Shown here in pieces: positions 1-11,929 of a stretch of DNA of 64,000 bases. The stretch comes from Squalus acanthias. Taxonomy: Eukaryota. Below the pieces are notes generated by a model that ran no database searches, had not been told where the DNA came from, and saw nothing but the letters and a program-made list of their open reading frames with translations. The stretch lies in contig CM059433.1 of NCBI GenBank assembly GCA_030390025.1, positions 9,984,001 through 10,048,000 on the forward strand, given 5' to 3'. Within the stretch, counting starts at the first letter, position 1. Each line of letters opens with the position of its first letter. Position numbers and translations under genes: made by a program.

Positions 1-544
1 ATTGATTTGGCAAATTAGCCAGGGATGAGACAGAGGGTAGAAGGATGCGTGATTGAGCTGGAAGCAACACCAACTGGCATCTTTTTATCCTCTATGAAGA
101 GGATACGATCGATTCGTGTGGGATTCAGCACTTGTAGTACAATGTAGCGTGGTATCCCTATAGTTAACTGGGCGGCAGGTTTCTTTTTTAACAGTGGTGT
201 TCTACAGTTTCAGAGCCAGTGGGTGGCGGCGGGGGGGGGGAGGGGGCCAAGGCTGGCTGTGCTGTGTTATGAGTTAATTTTCCAAGTTGGCACTCCTGCT
301 GCTGAGCTTCACGCCACAGGAGTGCAGATCAAGGGCATGGAGGTCAGCGTGTCCGGTTGCCTGCACGTCAGTTATATGCCGTTAAGGTTCATTCTGCGAT
401 TCCCTGCCTCCCCCCCATGCTGAGTCTCACTACATTTGAGTGCGTGTCGGAGATGGGTGCCACACCACTGGGATTCACCAACGTGCCCAGCGGGGCTCAG
501 CATCAGGATCACCGAATTACCCTTGAGATGGTGGGAACGGCAGG

Positions 545-810
545 ATAGTGGTTGTGATACTAGACGAGTAATCCGGAGGCCTGGACTAATGATCCCACCA
601 CGACAGCCGTGGAATTTAAATTCTGTTAATTAAATAATTACGGATTGTCGTAACAACCCATCTGGTACACTAATGCCCATTTAGGGAAGAAAATCGGCTG
701 CCTTTACCAGCTCTGGCCTACATGTGACTCCAGACCCACACCAATGTGGTTGACTTTTAACTGCCCTCCGAAAGGGCCCAGAAAGCCACTCAGTTGTATC
801 AAACTGCTAG
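545..810 (+). mobile_element. Degenerate tRNA-derived shark SINE fragment
   Basis: Body resembles a common shark SINE from memory (…ctagacgagtaatccggaggcc…cccatctggtacactaatgccc…gtgactccagacccacaccaatgtggttgac…gccactcagtt); internal deletions. Confidence 0.55.
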
Positions 811-994
811 GAAAAACACTGGGGCAGAATTTGTGGTCAGTATGACGGCATGCTCTCAGAGTATGCTGTCATACCACCTTTGAGATTGACCGCAGGTTCG
901 GGATTTCCACATGCACCGACCTCCTTTTCATTTCAGAGCAAAGATTACAAGGGTGTTTCACAAGGATGTTTTTCGTAGAAAAAGATGTTCCTTG

Positions 995-1075
995 TTTTTT
1001 TTTTATTCGTTTATGGGATGTGGGCGTCGCCCATCCCTAATTGCCCTTGAGAAGATGGTGGTGAGCCGCCGCCTT
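995..1075 (-). mobile_element. 3' tail fragment of CR1/Jockey-group LINE ('family B')
   Basis: Reverse complement matches the tail at 3480-3575 (aagggcaattagggatgggc…gacgcccacatccc…aataaaa). Confidence 0.75.
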
Positions 1076-1151
1076 CTATGAACCTTGTGCAGTAGCTGCG
1101 ATGAATTTCACAAAACTGGTCACCCACAGAAAAAAAAAAGGAAAAGGACGC

Positions 1152-1323
1152 GGCCGAGAAATTCGTCTCGGGTGGTGACGAAAAACGGGCGATATCGGAT
1201 CGGCCGCCCGTTATACGCAGTGTCTGATATTCTGTTCCGTTGACTGCAATAGACTGAATATCAGGCGCGGCTCACAACGATACTGCCCGCTTTGCGCCAC
1301 CGTCCGAGACGAATTTCTAGCCC
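1152..1323. mobile_element. Short palindromic MITE
   Basis: Terminal inverted repeats ggccgagaaattcgtctcgg / ccgagacgaatttctagccc; imperfect fold-back along the whole length. Confidence 0.7.
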
Positions 1324-1345
1324 CAAGCATCTAATGTTTTCGGTT

Positions 1346-1819
1346 CAACAACAGAAAACGCTGGAAAAACTCAGCAGGCCAGGCAGCATCCGTGGAGAGA
1401 GAAACAGAGTTAACGTTTCAGGTCGAAGACCTTTCGTCAGAACTGGAAAAAAGCAGGAAATGAAATAGATTTAAAGCAAGTGTAATGCTGGGAAAAGGGG
1501 GAGGGGATGAAAGAACAAAAGGGAAGGTCAGTGGTGTGTTAGAAAGCAGGAGAGATTAAGAGACATTAAGAGATAATCAAGGCAAGAGGAGGTGGTAATG
1601 TGACAGGTAGAGGCTAGATGAAGTGTGAACTGGGCTGGCAGAATGAAGGACAGCTGCCAGCGTCTGGGAGGGAAGAAAAGGGGCCCAACAAAAGGGTGGA
1701 TGAAAAAATAAAATAAAACAATATATATATGTGATAGGGGCCAAGGTTATGATCTGGAATTGTTGAACTCGATGTTGAGTCCAGAGGGCTGTAGGGTGCC
1801 TAAACGAAAGATGAGGTGC
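1346..1819 (-). mobile_element. Penelope-like element (family 1) 3' fragment
   Basis: Homologous to the end of the GIY-YIG ORF and terminal region at 21372-21810; flanked by 11-bp direct repeat tgttttcggtt (1335-1345, 1820-1830). Confidence 0.85.
1408..1444 (-). ncRNA. Minimal type-I hammerhead ribozyme motif (PLE family 1)
   Basis: Reverse complement AGUU-CUGACGA-A-AGGU(CUUCG)ACCU-GAAAC-GUU-AACU: intact CUGANGA and GAAA cores, stems I and II paired, palindromic stem III. Confidence 0.75.
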
Positions 1820-2149
1820 TGTTTTCGGTTAACTGTTTGAAATGCCGATGACATCGCTGACTATTCCCTGAGGCTTTCATGATTCAGACCAATTTAACAA
1901 ACTACTATGAAATGCAATTTCCGTGCAGTGAAACTTTTGCACACAAGAAGCCTAGACACACAAGCAGGATATGTACTTCGCCTCCGCTGAAATAAAGCAT
2001 CAAAAAATCATGAATGGGGGCATCACAAATTTCTGTTTCCTTATTGGCGCACTGCCCCACATGATCCCGGGTACGCTTACGCACATGTGTGTCCCTGGGA
2101 CCCGTGGGCCGCTATGCTGCGCACAGCTCCGCAGTGAAACAATCCGGCC

Positions 2150-3578
2150 AATTACCGCCCCGTCAGCCTACTCTCAATCATCAGCAAAGCGATGGAAGGT
2201 GTCATCGACAGTGCTATCAAGCGGCACTTACTCACCAATAACCCGCTCACTGATGCTCTGTTTGGATTCCGCCAAGACCACTCGGCTCCAGACCTCATTG
2301 CAGCCTTGGTCCAAACATGGACAAAGGAGCTGAATTCTAGAGGTGAGGTGAGAGTGACTGCCCTTGACATCAAGGCAGCATTTGACCAAGTGTGGCATCA
2401 AGGAGCCCGAGTAAAATTGAAGTCAATGGGAATCGGGGGAAAACTCTCCATTGTCTGGAGTCATACCTAGCACAAAGGAAGATGGTTGTGGTGATTGAAG
2501 GTCAATCATCACAGTCCCAGGACATCGCTGCAGGAGTTCCTCAGGGGAGTATCCTAGGCCCAACCATATTCAGTTGCTTCATCAATGACCTTCCCTCCAT
2601 CATAAGGTCAGAAGTGGGGATGTTCGCTGATGATTGCACAGTGTTCAGTTCCATTCGCAACTCCTCAGATAATGAAGGAGTCCGTGACCGCATCCAGCAT
2701 AACCTAGACGACGTTCAGGTTTGGGCTGATAAGTGGCAGGTAACATTTGCGTCACCCGAGTGCCAGGCAATGACTATCTCCAATAAGAGAGAGTCTAGCC
2801 CTTGCCCTTGACATTCAATGGCATTACCATCACCGAATCCCCCACCATCAACATCCTGGGGGTTACCATTGACCAGAAACTTAACTGGACTAACGACATA
2901 AATACTGTGACTACAAGAGCTGGTCAGAGGCTGGTTATTTTTTTTTATTCGTTCATGGGATGTGGGCGTCGCTGGCAAGGCCAGCATTTATTGCCCATCC
3001 CTAAATGTAGCGAGTGACTCCCCAAAGCCTTTCCACCATCTACAAGGCACAAGTAAGGAGTGTGATGGAATACTCTCCACTTGCTTGGATGAGTGCAGCT
3101 CCAACAACACTCAAGAAGCTCGACACCATCCAGGACAAAGCAGCCCACTTGATTGGCACCCCATCCACCACCTTCAACATTCACTCCCTCCACCACTGGC
3201 GCACCGTGGCTGCAGTGTGTACCTTCTACAAGATGCACTGCAGCAACTCACCAAGGCTTCTTTGGCAGCACCTCTCAAACCCGCGACCTCTTCCACCTAG
3301 AAGGACAAGGGCAGCAGGTGCATGAGAACACCATCACCTCCAAGTTCCCCTCCAAGTCACACACCATCCTGACTTGGAAATATATCGCCGTTCCTTCATC
3401 GTCGCTGGGTCAAAATCCTGGAACTCCCTCCCTAACAGCACTGTGGGAGTACCTTCACCACACGGACTGCAGCGGTTCAGGAAGGCGGCTCACCGCCACC
3501 TTCTCAAGGGCAACTAGGGATGGGCAATAAATGCTGGCCTTGCCAGCGACCGCCACATCCCATGAATGAACAAAAAAT
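2150..3578 (+). mobile_element. CR1/Jockey-group LINE ('family B'), 5'-truncated, frameshifted RT
   Basis: ORFs 2192-2470, 2392-2811, 2802-3017 and 3014-3325 give RT motifs ALDIKAAFD, GVPQGSILGP, MFADD; 3' tail with AATAAA and A-rich end. Confidence 0.9.
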
Positions 3579-4636
3579 AATGTGCTCTTGCCATTTAAAA
3601 CCCTGCACAAGAACACAAACTCATAAAATGTAGTGCTAACTCTGCATCACTCACTGGTCAAGCAGTGTGGAGCTCTGTGCATTTTTTTTTATTCGTTTAT
3701 GGGATCTGGGCATCGCTGGCAATGCCAGCATTTATTGCCCAACCCTAGTTGCTCTTAGTTAGGCAGAACGCTGCCTGAATTCGGCCGATTGTAGCGCAGC
3801 GGGATTTTTGGGGGTCAGCTAATGAGTATGTCCTTGACTTGACCCGGGTACAGAAATGGTACTGGGAATATGCAGCCACTCCTGATCAGGGGAGGGGACA
3901 TATGCAGTGCTGCAAACCTGAGAGGTTTGTAGCAGGGCTAATGTCCGTCTCCCAAAAGCTAATGACACCAAGGCAGGAAGGTTGACTGGGGTCAGGGGTG
4001 CATCTCCATATTGGGTGGAAGGCCTGTTGCCCCGGTGATGCAGGACAATCAAATGAGGGCATAACATCCTGGCCACTCTGTTTCTTTTTCATTCATAGTC
4101 GATCCCCATTATATACACTATGTATAACCCATGTTCATATACAGTCCCCAGAACCATTACGTACTACGCTTAATCCTTATTTGTGTATGTTCTATATTCC
4201 GATCACATACAATTTTCCCTTCTGTGAACTTAATTAAGTATTATTAATGTGGCTGATAAGAAATCCCCAACCTACTATTAAATGTATAATTATGAATGTT
4301 TTCTGGCTCATAAATTGATTTATTTCCACATATTACTCAATCCTGGCATGTGATTAATAGCCAAGGTAATCTCATCCCTGACTCAATCAGGCCTCCTTTG
4401 AAGTAAAAGCTCTTGGTTAAGATTTTTTTCAGATGAGACCATATAGTGTTGCTCAGTCAGCTACTTCTTACGCAATTAATATATTAATACTGATTCATTT
4501 GACACTAGAAAACTCTTTCGGTGAAATTAGTGGATGAAAGCTTAATACATTCACGTTCTGTTCCACTGCCCGCTATTCTTTTAAATGGGTTAATGCCTCC
4601 GTTAAAAGAACGGATAGAGGAATGTCTAGACACAAA

Positions 4637-5479
4637 GGGCTGGATTTTGTCAATGGGGACGTGATGGAGGCGGGACTCCCACTTTTTGGGTTGTAGTCCC
4701 GTCTCCATCGACTTGTGGCCAACCCACTGTATTTTCCCTTGATTGACCTTGTTAAGCCCGCCCAGCGGGCTTAGCAGGCCAATCAAGGGTCCCTTGGATA
4801 CAGGTGACGTCAGCCATTGAAATTTCATCTTTCAAGAGCTTTTGACAGATGAAATTTCAGTGTTTGACAGCTCTGTGAAGCTGTCAAACACTGACAATAT
4901 GATTTCTAATGTGAGTCCCTGTACTTAGACTCAGTTAGAAATCAATCCAGCACAGAAAGCAGAGACTGCAGCTTTTGACAGCTCCGCGGCCATTCTGCTT
5001 TCTGTGCCGTGGATGTTTGGGACTCCCGACACCTTAAGGAAGCTAGCCTGCAGGACAAAGTTAAGGGAATAAAAGTTCTTAAAACACTTTACACACACCA
5101 AACACACTTACCTCTGCACTCATGCACCCATCACTCACCTGCACACCGGACATCTCGACCCCTCCAAGCCCTCCAGACCGACAGTCCGCCTCGCGAAATC
5201 GGCGTGGTTCGGACCTGTCGGGAAGCCCACACTTCAGGGCTAAAAATAGGGTTTAGGCAAAAAACTGCCTGTTAACTACCTGTTAACAGGCAGTTTATTG
5301 GCACTAATCCCCTTCCCGCCTCGGGGAGGCGGGTCCCAGCACAGGTCGGGTACCCGCCTCCTGGGAAACTGGCATGGAGGTGGGTTGGGGGCGGGATGGG
5401 TTCGGGACCCCCGAATCTGCTATTTTCACACCACTCCCGCCTCCAAACCCACCTCCATGGGCCGGTGAAAATTGAGCCC
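4637..5479 (+). mobile_element. PIF/Harbinger-type MITE (family A)
   Basis: TIRs gggctggatttt / aaaattgagccc; 3-bp TSD AAA, inferred by comparing the interrupted CR1 tail with the uninterrupted one at 55200; internal hairpins 4813-4893; homologous to 58677-59481 and 63450-64000. Confidence 0.8.
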
Positions 5480-5603
5480 AAAAGGCATCAAGGGGTATGG
5501 GGAGAGAGCGGGAATATGGTATTGAGCTAACAGGATCAGCTATGATCTTATTGAATGGTGGAGCAGGCTCGAAGGGCCGAATGACCGACTCCTGCTTTTC
5601 TAT
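5480..5603 (+). mobile_element. CR1 3' end fragment (split by MITE and PLE)
   Basis: Matches CR1 3' end at 55208-55340 (ggcatcaaggggtatggggagagagcggg…gggccgaatg). Confidence 0.85.
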
Positions 5604-5898
5604 TACGATAGCAAAATACTGCAGATGTTGGAAATCCGAAATAACAACAGAAAACGCTGGAAAAACTCAGCAGGCCAGGCAGCATCCGTGGAGAGAGAAA
5701 CAGAGTCTCTTAATCTCTCCTTTTGTTCTTTCATCCCCTCCCCCTTTTCCCAGCTTTATCCTTGCCTTAAATCTATTCCATTTCCTGCTATTTCCAGTTC
5801 TGACGAAAGGTCTTCGACCTGAAACGTTAACTCTGTTTCTCTCTCCACGGATGCTGCCTCGCCTGCTGAGTTTTTCCAGCGTTTTCTGTTGTTGTTCT
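5604..5898 (+). mobile_element. Penelope-like terminal fragment with inverted duplicated end
   Basis: 5642-5706 is the near-perfect reverse complement of 5830-5895; flanked by 11-bp direct repeat tgcttttctat (5593-5603, 5899-5909). Confidence 0.85.
5796..5832 (+). ncRNA. Minimal type-I hammerhead ribozyme motif (PLE family 1)
   Basis: AGTT CTGACGA A AGGT CTTCG ACCT GAAAC GTT AACT. Confidence 0.75.
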
Positions 5899-6310
5899 TG
5901 CTTTTCTATGTTTCTTACAGAGGCATGAAGCGTTCATCCGCTAATATCGCCAATAGGAATTTCTACCTTCGTGTGTTTTAAGAAGGGTTCAGTAAGCATT
6001 AAAAAATTGACCCCATGTGGAGTGAATATGAGTTTGATAAGGTGGGGGGGGGGCAGGGGGAAGAGGAGGAGTGGACATAGCAGATAATTAGGTGTGAGAT
6101 GTGGAGTGAAGGGGCCAGGATTCAACATGTCAGAACATAGAGCTTGCTGGTTTGACAGCGATCAGCTGTGGGTTTTCCGAATTAAGGTGGCAGGTTTCTC
6201 CATACGTGAATGATTTTATAACACTGCAAATAATTTTTCCTGGACTTAAATACTTTAACCATCAGAAGAAATGTTCAGTGTGGTTCAATCTGCTGAGTTC
6301 ACACAAGGAG

Positions 6311-6800
6311 TAACAACAACTTGTATTTATATAGCGCCTTTAACGTAGTAAAACGTCCCAAGGCGCTGCACAGGAGTATTTTAAGACAAAAAATTTGACA
6401 CCGAGCCACATAAGGATAAATTAGGGCAGGTGACCAAAAGCTTGGTCAAAGAGGTAGGTTTTAAGGAGCGTCTTAAAGGAGGAAAGAGAGTGAGCGAGGT
6501 GGAGAGGTTTAGGCAGGGAATTCCAGAGCTTAGGGCCTAGGCAGCTGAAGGCACGGCCACCAATGGTTGAGCGATTATAATCAGGGGATGCTCAAGAGGG
6601 CAGAATTAGAGGAGCGCAGATATCTCGGGGGGTTGTGGGGCTGGAGGAGATTACAGAGATAGGGAGGGGCGAGGCCATGGAGGGATTTGAAAACAAGGAT
6701 GAGAATTTTGAAATCGAGGCGCTGATTAACCGGGAGCCAATGTAGGTCAGCGAGCACAGGGGAGGTGGGCGAACCGGACTTGGTGCGAGTTAGGACACAA
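6311..6800 (-). mobile_element. L2 LINE 3' fragment
   Basis: ORF 6581-6889 includes SPVLADLHWLPVNQRLDFKILILVFKSLHGLAPPYL; tail ggcgctatataaatacaagttgttgtt as at 57586-57610. Confidence 0.9.
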
Positions 6801-8183
6801 TAATAATTAATAATAAAAAAAAACCATTTGGACTGAGGAACCAACCAGTTCAGCAGAGCCACACTGACACAGTGAAACACACTGAGCACATGCTAAGTTT
6901 TCGCAGCGTGGGCTAACTGCTATTTAAATAGGAGGTTTAAACTAAAGAAAATAACCTCAAGGAAGTAGATCAATGGAGAGTTTACTTGAAAATCAACGGC
7001 AAGCCATTCTTTGTGTGTGTGTGTGTGTGCACGTGTGCAGAAGCGCTGTTTGCAACCCTAGATTTAGCTGATTTGAATACTAAAGAAAAGGTGAACAAAA
7101 GTCAAAAGTGCAGTATTATTAATCACCCTGTTCAAATTGTTATTCCAGTGCTGTCTTTAAGCTGACAGCTTCCTGAGACGCACGTTGAAGGAGTCAGGAT
7201 GTCCACACAGCTCTGCTGACTGTTTATCACTCAGTTTATCTGCAGCCCATGTTTACTCTTCATTAGTTCCGAGCAAAAAAATGACAAAATTGGCTTTAAG
7301 ACAATGCAGTAGGCACAGCCTGTGGGGAGCTCTCTTAATCGATGACACCGTTCATTTATCAGCTTGAGGACAGGCATGTTTTAAGATATCACTTGGGATG
7401 GCGGGATGGCGGGGGTGCGGGGTGGGGGGGAGGGGGCGATCTGAGGGCCTGTATTTTAGCATGCAAATGGTAACTACTTTTCTTGACGTGCCAATGAAAA
7501 TGTGCTTCCCCTGCAGCAGCCATCGCTGGTAAGCTGCTGTGACAATGTCAGCCTCTGGTGACAGGTGCAAGGGGTTGAATGCCGCATCCTCCTCCGAGTG
7601 GCTTGGTCCTGTTGCTCTCATGGGGATGGAACTGCAGCGTTCGGGCATATTGTGGATCGGGCCTGGGAATGCAATCGCGCGCACATTCGCAGACGTGACA
7701 GTTAATGGGGCTCAATCAATACGGGGGGCCCCAGCAGGCCGACAGCAAGCTGTCCAAAAATTCACAAGAGTGAAAAGAGCATCCAAATATTGTACAAAGG
7801 GACCGAAATGAACTAAGTTTCCTGCGGTAGCGATGCGGTAAAATTTCATGCCCCCCTTTTCGAGTTGACAGCCTGTGTTTCACAAACATTTCTGAGCTTG
7901 TCACATTAAAGCCTGGGAATCCTGGTTGACATAAGTACTTGAGCCGATGGGAATTGCACGGGAAAAATCGCGAGTCTCTCGGCTCGCAGGCTGTCTGTCT
8001 GCTCGGTGCTGCATGTGAAAGCCCAGGCCTGGTTTCTTGTCGGCAATGCACTCGCTCACGCAGAATGTTCAAGACCATGCAAAGCCCCTGATAAATGGCC
8101 GTCAAAAGCGGCGCCTGTCATTTTTCCTGCTTGCATGCACCACATGGACAGCCCACTCACTTTGTTCAGTTCAAAATGGGTGT

Positions 8184-11100
8184 CATAGAAACATAGAAAC
8201 ATAGAAGATAGGAGCAGGAGTAGGCCATTCGGCCCCTCGAGCCTGCTCCGCCATTCGATGAGATCATGGCTGATCATCCAAACTCAGTACCCTGTACCTG
8301 CCTTCTCCCCATATCCCTTGATACCTTTAGCTTTAAGAAATATATCTAACTCATTCTTGAATATATTTAATGACTTGGCCTCAACTACCTTCTGTGGTAG
8401 AGAATTCCACAGGTTCACCACTCTCTGGGTGAAGAAATTCTTCCTCATATCTGTCCTAAATGGCTTTCCCGTTATCCTTAGATTATGACCCCTGGTTCTG
8501 GACTCTCCGACCATCAGGAACATTCTTCCTGCATCTAGTTTGTCCAGACCTGTCAGAATTTTATATGTTTCGATGAGATCCCCTCTCATTCTTCTATACT
8601 CCAGCGAGTATAAGCCCAATCGACCCAATCTCTCCTCATATGTCATTCCTGCCATCCCAGGTATCAGCCTTGTGAATCTTCGCTGAACTCCTTCCATGGC
8701 AAGAACATCCTTCCTCAGATAAGGCGACCAAAACTGCACACAGTACTCAAGGTGTGGTCTCACCAAGGCCCTGTACAGCTGCAGCAGGACATCCCTGTTC
8801 CTATACTCAAACCCTTTCGCTATGAAGGCCAACATACCATTTGCCTTCTTAACCGCCTGCTGCACCTGCATGCTTACTTTCAGCGACTGGTGCACAAGGA
8901 CACCCAGGTCTCGTTGCACTTCCCCTTCTCCCAATCTATTGCCATTCAGATAATAGTCTGCCTTTCTGTTTTTGACACCAAAGTGGATAACCTCGCACTT
9001 ATCCACATTATATTGCATCTGCCACGCTTCTGCCCACTCACCCAACCTGTCCAAATCATCCTGGAGTTTCTCGGTATCCTCCTCGCAGCACACACTCCCA
9101 CCTAGCTTTGTGTCATCTGCAAACTTGGAGATATTACATTTAGATCCCTTATCTAGATCATTAATGTATATTGTGAATAGCTGGGGTCCAAGGACCGATC
9201 CCTGCGGTACCCCACTAGTCACTGCTTGCCACTCGGAAAAAGACCCATTAATTCCTACTCTCTGCTTTCTGTCCGCCAACCAGTTCTCTATCCAAGTCAA
9301 TACCTTGCCCCCAATCCCATGTGCCTTAACTTTACACGCTAATCTCTTATGCGGGACCTTATCGAAAGCCTTTTGAAAGTCCAAATACACCACATCTACT
9401 GGTTCTCCCTTATCTATTTTCCCAGTTACACCCTCAAAAAATTTCAGATTAGTCAAGCACGATTTACCTTTTTATAAATCCATGTTGACTTTGTCCGATC
9501 CTGTCACTGTTTTTCAAGTGCTCAGCTATTACATCCTTTATAATGGACTCTAGCATTTTCCCCAATACCGATGTGAGGCTTACTGGTCTGTAATTCCCCG
9601 CTTTCTCTCTACCACCCTTTTTGAATAGTGGGGTAACATTGGCTACCCTCCAATCCATGGGTACGGTTCCAGATTCCATTGACTGTTGGAAGATGATCAG
9701 CAATGCATCTACTATTTCTAGGGCCACTTCCTTAAGTACCCTAGGATGTAGATTATCAAGCCTTGGGGATTTATCGGCCTTCAATCCCGTCAATTTCCCT
9801 AACACCATTTCCCTGCAAATACTGATTTCTTTCAGTTCCTCCCTTTCATCAGACCGTATGTTCTCCAACATCTCTGGGAGGTTATTTGTGTCCTCCTTTG
9901 TGAAGACAGAACCAAAATATGCATTTAATTGGTCTGCCATTTCTTTGTTCCCCATTATAACTTCCCCCGCTTCTGACTGCAAGGGACCTACACTTGATTT
10001 CACTAATCTTTTTCTCTTCACATATCTATAAAAGCTCTTACAGTCAGTTTTTATGTTCCCAGCAAGCTTACTTTCATATTCTATTTTCCCCTTCTTAATT
10101 AATCCCTTTGTCCTCCTTTGTTGAATCCTAAACTGCTCCCAATCCTCAGGGCTACCGCTTTTTCTGGCCAATTTATATGCCCTCTCCTTGGATCTTATGC
10201 TATCCCTAATTTCCCTTGTTAGCCACGGTTGAGTCACCCTTTTTGTTTTATTCTTATGCCACACTGGGATGAACAAATTCTGTAGTTCATCCATGCAGTC
10301 TTTGAATGTTTGCCATTGCCTATCCACCGTCAACCCCTTGAGTGACATTCCCCAATCAATCCTACCCAATTCGCGCCTCATACCATCGTAGTTTCCTTTA
10401 TTTAAATTCAGGACCCTAGTCTCTGATTCAACTACTTCACTCTCCATCCTAATGAAGAATTCTATCATATTATGATCACTCTGACCCAAGGGGCCTCGTA
10501 CAACAAGATTGCTAATTAATCCTTTCTCGTTACATAATACCCAGTCTAAGATGGCCTGATCTCTGGTTGGTTCCTCGACATATTGTTCCAGAAAATCATC
10601 TCATAAACATTCTAGGAATTCCTCCTCCACAGTATTTTTACTAATTTGGTTAGCCCAATTTATATGCAAATTAAAGTCACCCATGATGACTGCTGTGCCC
10701 TTACTGCATGCTTCTCTAATTTCCCTTTTAATGCCGTCCCCAACCTCCGTATTACTATTTGGAGGTCTATATACCACTCCCACTAACGTTTTCTGCCCCT
10801 TGTTATTTCTCAGTTCTACCCATACAGATTCCGCATCATCAGAGCTAATATCCTTCCTTTCAATTGTGTTAATCCCCTCTTTAACCAGCAATGCTACCCC
10901 ACCTCCCTTTCTTTTTTGCCTATCTTTCCTAAATATTGAATAACCCTGGATGTTGAGTTCCCAGCCTTGGCCACCCTGGAGCCATGTTTCTGTAATCCCA
11001 ATCAAATCGTATTCATTTACCTCTATTTGCGCAGCTAATTCATCCACCTTGTTCCGAATGCTCCTTGCATTAAGACACAAAGCCTTCAGGCTTGTTTTTT

Positions 11101-11692
11101 TAATGCTCTCAGACCTATATGAATTATTATTTACTGTGACCATGTTTGATTTAAACCGTTGAGTTCTTTACCTTCTACTTTTGTTTTTCTCCTTCCTGTC
11201 TTTAGCTTTTATCCTTGTTTCCCTTTCCTCTGTCTCCCTGCTCAGGTTCCCATCCCCCTGCCACTTTAGTTTAAACCCTCCCCAACAGCACTAGCAAACA
11301 CTCCCCCTAGGACATCGGTCCCGGCCCTGCAGACCGTCCCGTTTGTACTGGTCCCACCTCCCCCAGAACCGGTTCCAATGTCCAAGGAATTTGAATCCCT
11401 CCCCCTTGCACCATTCCTCTAGCCACGTATTCATTTGAAATATCCTCCTATTTCTACTCTGACTAGCACGTGGCACTGGTAGCAATCCTGAGATTACTAC
11501 CTTTGAGGTCCTCTTTTTTAATTTACCTCCTAACTCCCTATATTCTGCTTTTAGGACCTCATCCCGTTTTTTACCTATATCGTTGATGCCTATGTGCACC
11601 ACGACAACTGGCTGCTCGCCCTCCCCCTCCAAAATGTTCTGTAGCCGCTCCGAGACGTCCTTGACCCTTGCACCAGGGAGGCAACACACCAT
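8184..11692 (-). mobile_element. Young CR1 LINE (HER1-like), 5'-truncated in ORF1, disabled
   Basis: SGNH-esterase ORF1 fragment, APE and RT domains, 3' (CTATGTTT)n tail; near-identical to 29847-33289. Confidence 0.95.
8284..11143 (-). pseudogene. CR1 ORF2 (APE endonuclease + reverse transcriptase), broken
   Basis: Three ORF pieces of 180, 341 and 390 aa; CGA>TGA stop at 10601 and +1 frameshift near 9470 relative to the intact copy. Confidence 0.95.
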
Positions 11693-11929
11693 CAAAGACA
11701 AGCCACATTTTTGCATGTCAGGAGTAGCTCTCTTAAAGACGCACTCTTCGTTACCTTTTGCTGTCACACACTTCTGAGCTATGGGCTTTACGTTCAGTGC
11801 TTCCCACCCACTGGATTTAATGGAAGATGAAGAGGAACAGAAAAGGGGTGCCAAGGATGTCAGATAGTACCAGAGGTAGACTGGCTGCAACCACTAATAT
11901 CCCACCAACAATATCATACAGGCCCTGGC

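Noticed and set aside
8752..10943. Plus-strand ORFs overlapping the CR1 (and their mirrors at 30323-32735)
   Set aside because: Antisense shadow ORFs of ORF2, shared only because the copies are near-identical.
11693..11890. N-terminal part of the 199-aa minus ORF
   Set aside because: It lies outside the CR1 truncation point, in Harbinger sequence; a chance open frame.
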